DNA from: Macrostomum lignano
Taxonomy: Eukaryota
Direction: 5' to 3'
Assembly: GCA_002269645.1 (NCBI GenBank)
Contig: NIVC01001090.1
Span: 5,084-69,083, forward strand
DNA: 64,000 nt
Shown: positions 46,982 through 58,700 of the stretch, piece after piece
Layout: each line of letters opens with the position of its first letter
Position numbering within the stretch: the stretch's first letter is position 1
Notes under the pieces: generated by a model
Told to the model about the DNA's origin: nothing
The model's database searches: none
The model's input: the letters and a program-made list of their open reading frames with translations, nothing else
Program-made: the position numbers and the translations under genes

Positions 46982-47306
46982 CTCGGTTCTAACAGAGGCG
47001 GGGCGGCTAACAACGCTGGAGAAGGCAATCTGCTGCGCACAGGTGGAGACATTGCAGGCGATCAAACCAAGCGAGGCCACCCTGATCTACCTCGACATTG
47101 AGCCAAGCCTGGCACTAGAGCGGATCCGGCAACGCGGCCGAAAAGGAGAATCCGAAGTGACGCTCGACTATCTGAACCGGCTGCACGAAGCAATGGTGTC
47201 CTATTTCTGTCTCTATCGGGCGGTCCACCGAGTGACGGTCGGACCATCTACAACACCAAGCGACGTGGCTCGGCTGGTTGGGCGCATTGTGCGAGGACTA
47301 AACTAA
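46635..47306 (+). CDS. Deoxynucleoside kinase family protein (223 aa)
   Basis: P-loop EGNLAAGKTT, EPV, FQ, ER motif (VMERL), LIYLD and the lid RIRQRGRKGE...YLNRLHE. Confidence 0.92.
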   Translation: MARIYILEGNLAAGKTTLLRNLALNSRLEKWEPQILWAKEPVQAFTSHPKLPAETNPLEEFHRGSLSALGFQVDASHCLLQRNKNMRELLLSPEPDQPEYDILVMERLMASAHAFNSVLTEAGRLTTLEKAICCAQVETLQAIKPSEATLIYLDIEPSLALERIRQRGRKGESEVTLDYLNRLHEAMVSYFCLYRAVHRVTVGPSTTPSDVARLVGRIVRGLN

Positions 47307-48299
47307 CTAATCCAAATCCGAATGAAATATATCTAAAACACAGCTTTTGCTGTAAAAATCTTTCCGATCGAGGAAAGAGCCTGAGATCTATACAGTCTCG
47401 TGAATTATTTCTACGTCTTTTGACGTAGACGAGAGACCAAAACAATTACAGTCAGCTAAAGTTAATCATGTAGCTCTCTATTATTAGACATGCCCTCGCG
47501 TTTGGTTTCGCGAGTGTTTTCGCCGATTGCTATTGGAAACAACGTCCCCCTGCTGATTGCAAAAAGCATTCTTCAACACAATTAATTCTATTGGCTGTTG
47601 TTGATGCTGCTATTTACTTGCCTGCTAGCAGACGGTTTGGTTTTGTCTCTATGTCGCCAATAATTTGAGGCCGTGCCCACCCCGGTGTCTGGTGTAAACT
47701 GACGACTGGGTTTTTTCGACCATTGGCAAGTAGCTCCTTGAGGCTGCATAATGTGGATTTTTCTTTCCACAGCTGGGTGTCTAGGCCGACTCTGGGTCAT
47801 AGCACCATTCAGGTCCACCTGGCCCAGTGCCTTAAATGCAGCCAGACCAGTAAAGGAGCGCTAGGTACTGACCCAATATTCGAGGTCTGCATTCAGACCC
47901 AATATTTCGAGAACTGCGCTTGCATCCATTGGTTGAATTACGGTGTGCATAGGGACGCTCACTAGGAGATGCACCATCACCACCACCACCACCACCTATT
48001 TCTGGCTGGCTGGTTGGCTGCGTCTCCTTGCGTGTTGGCACTCCAGAAATATTTTGGTTGGGTGCGGTGCGGATAAAATAATGAGGGATAAAAAAAAGTC
48101 AGCTTAAGTTAATCGTGTCATCACCCTCTAAAATTATTGAAGACACGCCCTCGTGTTTGGGGTCACGAGTACTGCTACTACTATTTGTAGTAACGTCCCC
48201 CTGCTGACAAAAAAAATTATTTTTTTAAAGTCTATTTTTATTACTACGCTACTGCCTACACCGTTGGCTAATAAATAAAAATCATTTTCCTAATTCCAG

Positions 48300-48840
48300 C
48301 TATTGATACAGTGTGTTGTGTGCAAGCGCGTGTTTCGTTCTCGCGCCGAGTTGCACATTCACACACATCAATTCTGTTTCGTTCCTGAACAACTACTGGA
48401 TGGGCCGATTCGGGAACTGACTGCCGACAATCCTCCTGATGGGTGGAATGTTGAATTGCGCGAGTCAGCTCACCGAGGACTGGTCAACTATTTGGTGTTT
48501 ATACCCGACCAGCAGGAGGGCGGTGATGCGGAGCGTCTGTTGTCACCCGGCAGCTTGTTGGCCCAATTGCGCGACTCGATTTACCGCCTATTCACACAGC
48601 TGGGTTCACCCTCGTTACTACTGCGAACTTGTATGCACCTAAAAGTGAGAATGGCTAGACCGAGAACCACTACTGCCACCACCGCTGAGGAAGAAGTGAT
48701 ATTGCATACTTCAACACCAACGTTGCAACAATTCGCTTTGACAACCACAACAACAACAGCGAGCCACAGCAAACGTGGCTCTTATCGCGCGATGCCTACA
48801 ATGATTGGTTTGAATTGGTTTTAAACGAACTGGTGAGCAA
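48300..48840 (+). pseudogene. C2H2 finger plus a region resembling a Maverick pPolB N-terminus; frameshifted near 48750 and interrupted after 48840
   Basis: CVVCKRVFRSRAELHIHTHQF, then ESAHRG...MHLKVRMAR...EEVILHTS. An alternative frame continues DWFELVLNELVSK into a consensus donor AAG|GTGAGT. Confidence 0.5.
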
Positions 48841-48844
48841 GGTG

Positions 48845-48944
48845 AGTAGTAGTATGTTGTAAGGGGCTGCGCCACACTTGATTGCTCGGGCGCATTGCGC
48901 GCCAGCTCGCTGGATGACTCAGCCCCTTACAACATACTACTACT
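48845..48944. repeat. 100-bp palindrome with perfect 25-bp arms starting (AGT)3
   Basis: AGTAGTAGTATGTTGTAAGGGGCTG (48845-48869) and its reverse complement (48920-48944), with a 50-nt loop. Confidence 0.9.
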
Positions 48945-49466
48945 ACCAGGGGGTCATTGATTCAAGTGGGGTGTGATAAACAAAATATATATATAAATAT
49001 ACATATATCTGTGAGTGAGGGTGTTGAGGGTGAGGGCATGTGGGGGCATTGGCATGTGGAATATTTCTCAGAACACAGAATTTCCGAAATTTTTATACTT
49101 TTAAAAAGGGGGGGGTGCCCTCGCCCTCATGCCCTCACTCATTTTGAAAATCACTAAAAATAACTGAAAAATGACTAAAAACAGGCGAAAATGGTCTGAA
49201 AACAGCGATTTTTTGTGATTTTCAAAAATTTTGAAAAAGTGCAATTTTCACGGTTCCAGCTCTGAAACCATGAGAAAAGTTGGATTTACGGGTCAATTTA
49301 ATGCGATTTCAGGTATATACAAAATGAAAGTGTCATCCAATTCAACGATAGTAAATTTTATATATATATAAAATGGCCTTCAGTAAACCATTATTTCTAG
49401 GAAACGCTTTAGATATTCAGTCAGCTATAGACATAATTGACAATTAGGCATAATCGCCATATAAAA

Positions 49467-50216
49467 ATGAATGATAAAAATGAACGCATCTATCCTGTGG
49501 TTGAGCTGCATGAAGCAGATTTGAGGGAGCGGGACTATTTCAATCAGAGAAAGGGTGAAATCAAAGGCAGTATTGAATGCATTACGAAAGATCTTACAAT
49601 TTATAGCAAAAAGGTAAAAAAGTACAAACGACAAAGTAGCAGGATAAATTGGATCAACATTGTGACAGGAAATGTAAGTCTCTTGGCTGCTACAGGAATT
49701 GGCATAGCAACATCGATACTGACATTGAATCCCTTAGTCATTGGAGTAGTAATCGGGGCAATGAGTGGTTTTGAAGCTGTAAAATCCACGTCGTTGTTTG
49801 CAACTGTGAAAATGCATTGCCAAAAGCAGAAGGCAAAATACATTTTTCTCAGAGATCTGGCAAATCAATACAGAGAGAGATTGTATACTTACTCCCAAAA
49901 AGCAGTTGATGATTATAGATTAACTCTTGAAGAGGTTCAAGCAGCTGCTGCAATTTATTCAGAATACAGAGAGAAAAGAGACCAATTGTTAGACGCCTGT
50001 GTTGCGCCTGAAGAAGTTAACCGTTCGGAAGTCGTTGATAAAATCCTCAAAGAGAGTAGACTTGGTCATTCAGCGAAGGAAAAAATTAAAAAGGAACTGC
50101 TGGAGAAAGATCTGAGAGAAAAATTGGGTCTAGCTGATAAGCCAAAAGAGTACTCGGCAACACTCAATCTTCAATCAAATGCTCCAAGTGCGCCCCCTAT
50201 GCTTGAGTCTGTTTAA
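49467..50216 (+). CDS. Maverick accessory membrane protein (249 aa)
   Basis: A basic helix (KKVKKYKR), a long hydrophobic Gly-rich segment and KAVDDYRLTLEE resemble a common Polinton accessory ORF; ends in PSAPP. Confidence 0.6.
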   Translation: MNDKNERIYPVVELHEADLRERDYFNQRKGEIKGSIECITKDLTIYSKKVKKYKRQSSRINWINIVTGNVSLLAATGIGIATSILTLNPLVIGVVIGAMSGFEAVKSTSLFATVKMHCQKQKAKYIFLRDLANQYRERLYTYSQKAVDDYRLTLEEVQAAAAIYSEYREKRDQLLDACVAPEEVNRSEVVDKILKESRLGHSAKEKIKKELLEKDLREKLGLADKPKEYSATLNLQSNAPSAPPMLESV

Positions 50217-50231
50217 TTTTTTTTCTTAAAA

Positions 50232-53200
50232 ATGGAAAGGAAAATACCAGCGGCCTCTTATGAATATGATCTCGACTCCGTTGAAGAAATTCGCGGTTTA
50301 ATCTCCCCAACTCTTTCCAAACATTTGATGGCCAGAGATTCAATAAAATACAGAATTTCCTTTGTTGCAGAATTTTATAAAGGAACTACCGAAAGTTGGA
50401 TTGAGTTCCAATATCATTCAAAGTATCGAACTTTGTTAAATCTGCTTAAAGTTGAAGATAGTATTGAAAGTACAATAAGGGATGTTCTGGATGAATTTGA
50501 TGAATGGAAGGATAGTTTTAATGAAAGGGATCGAAATATTATTTTGTTAAGTTAGTAAAGATTATGTTGAAAGTTGTTGGCATTAATCAGTTGAAAGGAG
50601 GAACTTATATTTCAATTCCAATTAAATCAAACGCATTAGTAAATGTTAAGAACACTAAAGACAATAGGTGCTTTCTCTAGTCTATTTTAGCAAAGCTCCA
50701 TCCTGTGAAGGAACATAGATATAGAGTTGGTAAGTATACACAGTATATAAATGAAATAAACTTAGGAGACGTTAAATTTCCAGTGGACATTCGAGATATC
50801 TCTGAGATTGAAAAGTTGAACAGCCTCCATATAAATGTGTTTGGATTGAGGGATATAAATACTAAAGAGTCAATATATTCTATTCGTCTGACAGAAGATT
50901 ACGACAACCCCGATGTTATTGATTTACTACTTGTTGAAAATCATTATTGCTTAATAACAGACTTGTGTTTATTCCTCACGTCCCAAAATTACAACAGGGT
51001 TTTACTTTGTCGAAAGTGTCTTCAAGTTAAATACTCCCAGGATGCACTGGATAATCATAAAGCAATCTGTACTGACTTCAAAGTGTCAATTGAAGTTTCA
51101 AAGATTGATAAGAGGATATTAAAGTTTAAAAACTACCACATGAGTGTAAGAAAACCATTTGTGTTTTATGCAATATTAGATTATGTAACGATGGATGATA
51201 AATCACTAGAGCTATCACAATGGACACTTTTTACTAGTTCCGACTATGAGGACATTATAAAATCAAATATTATTTCAAATACTACAGTGGAATCATTCGT
51301 TGAAACCGTAATCAAAAAGTTTGAGCATATAAAAAATGAAATGGATAAATATAAACATCCAAGATTAAGTGATCTCGAAGAGACTGATTACAAAGCGGCA
51401 GAACAATATTTTCTCTGCTCAAGGCCATTTGTAAATAGTAAAAAAATTCGAGAGCATAATCACTACAATGGTAAATATCGCGGCGCAGCATGTCAATCAT
51501 GTAATACCAAGGAGGCGAATCAAACAGTGCCATTCGTTCTCTTGAATGAATCTGGAAAAGATCTAAACTATTTGATAGTTCCATTAACACGAATAAAGAA
51601 TACAGCGTATAAATTGGATTTCATTTCTAAAACATCGGAAGACCATGTTGCAATTAAGTGGGGGAATTATACCAGTGGTGTTGTGTTTTTAGATGGATCT
51701 AGGTTTTTGGAACCACCATTTACACTCTCTGAAGAAGAAATAAAATATTTGCCACCCAGTGATACAACAGCAGTAATTAGAAAGATTTACTCATTTGTCA
51801 ATGCTTTTGAGAAGTTTCGATCAACATTTTTGAACTACTTCAAGATAGATCCTGCGTATTGCTTTTCCCTTTCTGGATTATCGTGGGCATGTGGGTTGAA
51901 ATATACTAATGTGGAATTGGAATTACTTGGTGATAAAGATATGATATCCATGGTAGAAAGTGGTATTCGCGGCGGTTTCTCCGGAGTTCTTGGAGATCGA
52001 TATAAAAAAATGAACAATAAGTATTTAGAAAATTATGACAGTAATTCTGAATCGTCATACATGTTATACTTGGACAAGAATAATTTATATGGTGAAGCAA
52101 TGACGAAAAATCTTCCTGTGGGAGATTTTAAGTTTGAAAATGATTTAGAGTATCACAAGAATATTCCTAATGACAGGGGTTGTTTTCTTGAAGTTGACCT
52201 TGAATATACAGAAGAATGTAAGAAAGCTACAAGTAAATATCCACTGGCTCCTGAGAAACGAACAACTAGATTTGAGGATTTATCTGACATACAGAAGCAA
52301 TACCTCGAAGTCGAAAAGAAAAAGTTTGTTCAATCCAAGTTGATGTTGACATTTTACAACAAGGAGAAATATGTTTTACATCACAGACTACTTGAGTTTT
52401 ATGAGAAGATGGGCATGCGAGTTACGAGAGTTTATAGAATTCTTTCATTCAAAGAGTCAAACTGGTTGAGTAAATACATCGAATTTAATACCAGGTAGAG
52501 AATGGAAGCAAAAACTAAATTTGAGAAAGATCTGTGGAAACTACTAAACAACTCATTCTACGGTAAAACAATCGAAAATGTAAAGAATAGGTCGAACTTT
52601 CATCTTGTAGCTGAAGAAAAAACTGCAAGGCGTTATTTTTCCAAACCAAATTTCAAAGATTTCATTATGTTTAGTGAGAATGCAGTTGGTATCCAAATGT
52701 ACAAAAAGACAATTGCGTGTGACAAGCCAATTTATTTAGGAATGGCCATTCTGGATTATGCAAAAATGCTAATGTACGATTGCTATTAAAATGTTATTGA
52801 GAAGAATTGGAACAACTGTCAATTACACTATTCTGATTGTGATTCGTTGATATTCTCAGTGATTACTCAGGATGTTTATGAGGATCTTGAAAAAGTTAAA
52901 GAACACTTAGACACATCGGATTATCCAAGAGAGCATCCACTATACTCCGAAACGAACAAGAAAGTCATTGGAAAGTTGAAAGATGAAATTAATGGCTCAA
53001 TAATTTCCGAAGCTGTATTCCTGCGGTCAAAAGAGTATGCTTTCACTACAGTTTCAGGAGAGTGTGTTACGATCAAGGGAGTTGATAAAAGCAGTACAAA
53101 TATAAAGTTTGAAACATTTAAAAACATACTATAGACAGATTACAAAGATATTCAAAGAGGTAGAGTAAGTATGACTGTATCTGAAAAAAATAAAATATTT

Positions 53201-53293
53201 ATTCGTGAGATTATGAAACAAACAATGAGTCCGTTAGATGATAAAATATATTATTTGGATCCTATCAGATCTATTCCTCATCAGCCAATGTAA
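50232..53293 (+). pseudogene. Protein-primed DNA polymerase B of element B, inactivated
   Basis: NTKDNRCFL*SILAKLHP, an HNH-like EHNHYNGKYRGAACQSCN, motif A YLDKNNLYG, motif B KLLNNSFYGK, motif C YSDCDS and a C-terminal SPLDDK. One frameshift near 50550 and in-frame stops at 50678, 52496, 52787 and 53132. Confidence 0.92.
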
Positions 53294-55206
53294 TCTCATT
53301 GATAACATCTTCGTTTATTTTTTTCGTGCACTGTAGCAACACATTTCTAGTTTCTTGCTGTTTACCATCTATCCTACGCCTATATCTATCCTTATAATAC
53401 TTACAATAGTCATTGTGATTCTTGAAGAAATCTGTTATGTATTGTTGTTGGAATTCACGTTTCTCACGTTGGGCTAGAGTCCTATAGTATTCACTCTCTG
53501 TTGCGGCAGTGTAAATTTCTCTAATAAGCATAAATGTTTTTTCCTCAGTTTCTAAAAATTCATAATTCTCTTCAATGAAGTGAGAAAACCAATTATAATT
53601 TTGTATGAATTCATTAGTGTTTTCAATTACGCTTTTCGATCGATATATTTCACCCTTTGTTTGCTTGAAAATTTCTAGTAGGTTTTTCATCTCAGCAAAC
53701 TTATATTTATTCTTAAATTCCTCGGTTTTAAGATATGAATCGGCTTTATAAATGTGTTTCGCATGATCAATGATGTCGGTATCTGTTGTATATTTACATG
53801 GGTAATTAATATTTATAATTCGTCTTTTTTCTGCATCTCCAATATTTTGTCTAAAGTCAGGCTTGTTGTTGCATTCGACTATTAGGGTTGCGTGTAAAAC
53901 GACATTACACTGGCTTGAATATAAAGTTCTAGCTTGAATAACTCCTCCACCAGTTAGTAATTTTATTGATGCATTGTTCAAGACACCGCTTACTTCTTGA
54001 CTGATAACCAACCTCTTTTTATTAATTTGTGCTAGGGCTGGTTGTGGCCTGTCTATTCTTATTGGTGAATTCAAAACATCAGGACTCAGTGGTGCTGCAT
54101 AATCAGATCCTAGAGTTCTAAGAAGTAGGTTGTCCTCAACCCCCTTGCCATTTCCACCAGCGCCATCAAACATTATAAAGTTTTCAACATTTTTGCCCAT
54201 TAGAGCTGTGGTTATAACGGATTCCCAACTCTTTCTATTTTCTGGATCGGGATGAATTTGGTTATGCAGATTAACAATGAAGCCATAGTAGTAATCACTC
54301 ACTCCAAGTACATCCGAGTAATTATATCCCACCGATTTAGTAACGTAATCGTCATATCTATACGCGCGAAACTCACCTGTAATGAGGTCGTATACTCCAT
54401 CATCAAACCCTAGCAAATTCCATTGCGTGTCAAATTCAATTTCATTGTTAGTAAACCTCTCTTTGAGCAAAGTAGTTACCTGTTTGAGTTTGTTGGCTCC
54501 TTGTATTGAATTTACATTCTCCATTGTACTCTGTAGTTTCTTTTCAAGTACTTTTAACTTCTCTTTATCATCAGCCGCCTTCTTAATTGCAATTTCGAGT
54601 CTAGTCTTTCGGTGGTTTAACTCACCGCTAACAAGTTCTGATATTTAAAGAAATATGTCATTTATACTACTTAGTTCTCTCCACTTATCATCATTAAAAT
54701 AGTAAATACCATCGCTATTGTAAATTATATTATTCTTCTGATATTCATAAACAAAATTGGTTATGTTAACGTCAGTGAAATTATCATCAAGAAACTCAAT
54801 CCTACCATAATAATCATATTTGCTTTTCCATTCCTTATATTTGTTATAGTTTTCTTCACTTCCCCATTTCTTTAGTGTACCGATAGTAAGTCTGTCCTGT
54901 GCATCAGCAGAGCTGGTATTGGTGCTATTCCACACATTTTTACATGATTCGGAATCGAACTTATCATAATTTACTTTTGACCAATCAGTGAATACTTTGT
55001 ACATTTCATCACCACTGCCTATGTCGCGGAGTATAAGTGCTACCTTGTACCAAGAATCATAGTCTTGGTTTTTGTGTTGTATTATACTTAACAACTTTGA
55101 AACTCCTTCACAACTAGGTGGTGGAACGGTGCTTTTTAGTGCCTGTTTATCGGGTTCTTGGTTTTCTTTTTTATCCTGTGGCTTTATTAATCTATTTATC
55201 TCATCA
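53271..55206 (-). pseudogene. D5-like primase-helicase, 3' part (PriCT-like domain plus SF3 helicase)
   Basis: YDSWYKVAL...FTDWSK (PriCT-2-like), LLGFDDGVYDL, Walker A GAGGNGKG, LTGGGVIQARTLY, ECNNKP and RRIININY; one in-frame TAA at 54645-54647. Confidence 0.88.
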
Positions 55207-55701
55207 TTAAACCGCGGGGAAAGAAACGAGGCAAGACAAGGGATGGCGCGAAACGGAACCTCTGCTGGTCGAAAAAAAAATGGCAGCCGATGAATTATTT
55301 ATTTCTTGCGAAAGATTTAATAGCCGAATGAGAAAAAAAGCTAAAAAAAATTCTGAGCAAACACGAACGCACGGCGAACAAGCGGGGGACCGGACTAAAT
55401 AAGAAATCAAGCTAGCACCCCCGCGACCCCCCGCCCCCCCGCAGCACACGCAACCCCGCACGCACCCGCCCCAGCCAAGCGAGCCCCTCCCCCGCAGTTT
55501 AAACGCCCTTACCACCAACACAGTGGCAAGGGTAACATTAAACCGCGGGGAAAGGAACGAGGCAAGACAAGGGATGGCGCGAAACGGAACCTCCAAACCC
55601 AAACCGGAGAACGGACAGAAACGGAGACAGTAGTAAAAGAAAAGACACCGGGAAACTAAAAGAGCGGAGAAGCTAACGCCAGCACAGACACAGTTAGACA
55701 G

Positions 55702-58700
55702 CTAAACAGTTAGAACGCAGCCTGCACCGCTGCCCCGATGCGACGAACAGCCCGGCTGGCCACCTGCGGCTGCTGGCCCGCATAGAGATGCACCGCATCG
55801 CTCTTCCAGTCGCCAATGGCTTTGATATCCTCGATCGCGATGCCTGAACGCCTGGCGAAGGTGGCGCCGCCTCGGCGCAGGCTGTGCATTGAAAAGCGGT
55901 TTCTCGGAAGGCCAGCCTGGTGAAAAAGCTGGGACAACTCGCGCCGGACATGCGCTGCAGTTAAGCTCATCCAGCTTCCTGCTGACTGCAGGGTCGAGAA
56001 CAGAGGCTGCGAAGGAGGTGCAATGTCCAGTGAATTCCGGCTGAAATGACGATGGAGCGCACAAAACGGACACAGCGGAGCAGTCGCACTCTTGCAGATG
56101 CAGGGCAGAAGAACGACATGACGGCGCTCGCCGAATTGATTCGTCTTGGACAGGCGAACAGAAATCCGAGCCTCCTTGACGCCCAGGCGAAGATCGCTGA
56201 TCAGCACCGCCGTGCCGACGTTTGCCCGGCTGACAGAGCAAAGATTGGCCGCCCGCAGCATGGCCCACCAGCCGGCTAAGATGAGACTCCACAGAGCAGC
56301 TCCAAGGCCGGTCTGCAGCTGTAGGCAGCGCCGCAGTCGCAGAAGATGACTCGGCCCCAGCGCAGCCTTGCGGCGAACGGGCGTTGCGGCCAGCAGCCGC
56401 TTCGCACCTCGAAGAGCCAAGCGCACGAGTCCAGAGTCTGTCGTAACCGGAGAGTCGCTGAGTCGCAATAGAGTGGCGATCGAGCTGATGTATGCCTGCA
56501 GGCTCGATTGTCGCGACAGGCGATGGTGCATGAGGAAGTTGATGAATTGGCAAATCTGAGTTGGAGTCGGCTTCAGAGCTTTGATCTTTGCCTCGCTGCA
56601 GAAAGCGAGCCACGTCCTCCATTTGCTTTCCAGCGACCGCAGCGTCGCCGGTGCGAAGGCGGCGCGAACTAGAGGGAGCAGCTCGGTTGGCAGCCCAAAG
56701 GAGACGGCACCTGAAAAACAGGGTGGAGGCGGAAGCAGGACCCAGCGCATGCGAAGCAAATTCAGAGGGATCAATCAATAAATGACCGTAGAAACGAGAG
56801 GCAAAATCAATCAGAGCAGCGTCGCCCGTCAGGAGACGAGAGGCGGGGTCAGCGAGGAACTGGCGGCAACCGGGCATGTAAAAGACCTTGAAAGTGATCT
56901 GCTGCTGCATGCAGACAAGCCCAGCCTGCATCAGAAGGTCATTCACGATGGGACACTTAGCAGAGCCACGGTTGAGCATGCCGACAGCTGCTTGGTTGTC
57001 GCTGTAGAAGACCACCTGGGCCTGATGAAGCTGGTCACGAAACCGCAGCAGAGTGATAGGAGCGATAGCCGCCTCCTTGTAATTGATGTGCAGATCGGCC
57101 AAACGGCCGTCCAAGTCCGAGGAAAAATCAACGAAAAACCAATCGCGGAAGCAGCAACTGCTGAGAATAGCGGCGCCGCCACTGATGCAGGCGTCAGTTT
57201 CCACGGCCAAGGCGTCGGAGAAGATGGGCCAGATGAGACGATCGTGGTAACACCTGACGGCCGATTCCCACCATTGAAAAAGATGCCGCAAACTCTCGCA
57301 AATGCGCACTCGACGATTTTCACGACTAAGACTCTCGGTAAACTCGATGATGGGGCGAAGGAACATGCGAATTTGTCTTTGCACCTGGAAAAACCAGCTT
57401 AGCTTTCCGGTGAGGCGACGCAAGAAGGAAGCAGAGACTTGTCTAGCGGCAAGACAGTCAGTGAGCAACTGACGCAGCTCATGCAGCTTTTCCGGAGGCA
57501 GAGACATGACTCCGATGTCTGTCTGGATACGAACACCGAGGAAGACCATGTCCTGACAAGGCGGGGTGCACTTTTTGCGGTTGACCTCGAAGCCAAGATG
57601 CTCCAGAAGACTTAGCAGGTGATCATAGGCCTTGAAGCAATCTCTGTAGGTAGCGGCAGTGACAGCAAAGTCATCCAGATAGTTGACAACAGCGGTATAG
57701 CCGTCCTTGACCATGAAGCGATGAATGGCTTGAGAGACACGGTGAAAGCTAGGAACAGAGCCGGCAGCACCCATGGGAAGGCGTCGGTCTTCCATGTAAG
57801 TAACGTGATCGTCGCCGGAAAACTTGAACTTCAGACCAAGAAGAGGCCAGCAGCTGGGGTGGCAGGCAATGGACCGATACGCCGAGGAAATATCAACTTT
57901 GGCCATGAAGTGACCTGGCCGAAGAAGACGCACGAAATCCTCGACAGACGCAAAACGCAGCTTGCGTTCGGCGGTGAAACAGTCGTTGAGAGACGCATTA
58001 TGCGGGACGGAGCAGTCGTGAATGAGTCTGACGCCACCAGAAGATTTGCGAATAGCCCCAAGCGGGCTCACCAAGCTTGGCGGATCTGGCACAACCACGA
58101 CTCTACCCCTGCGAATTTCTTCAAGCAGCAGGCATTCGACCTCCTGCCTGAACTCCTCCACCGACGGGTAGTTATCGGACTCAAAGGCGGGCACTTGAGA
58201 ACCGTCGTCGATTAAAGAAAAACCAGCACGAAGACTGTCGACAAGGAAATTCTCATCCGGATCTCCACGAAGACGCTCCTCCCAGACAGCCACGACGAGG
58301 TCGCCGCACCGACGGGGATCGACCGGAGGACAGCCGTTAGCTAGCCGGTGAGCAGGGTCGATGACGGAGGCCGACAAGCAGGCAGGTTTGGTAGCGTCGG
58401 AGCCAGGCAGGCAGGCAGGTTGAGCGACGTCGGAGGCAGGCAGGCAGGCAGGTTGAGCGACGTCGGAGGCAGTCAGGCAGGCAGGTTGAGCGACGTCGGA
58501 GGCAGTCAGGCAGGCAGGTTGAGCGACGTCGGAGGCAGGCAGGTAGGCAGGTTGAGCGACGTCGGAGGCATGCAGGCAGGCAGGTTGAGCGACGTCAGAG
58601 GCAGGCAGGCAGGCAGGTTGAACGACGTCGGAGGCAGGCAGGCAGGCAGGTTGGGCGATGTCGCGGGCAGGCAGGAAGTTAAAAGAGAAGGCGTCGCAGG

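Noticed and set aside
50232-54647. Stop-codon reassignment (all premature stops in element B are TAA or TAG)
   Set aside because: The stops fall at positions expected to be different residues (Trp in CFLWSIL, probably Tyr at 52787), and real frameshifts also occur. Ordinary decay explains this.
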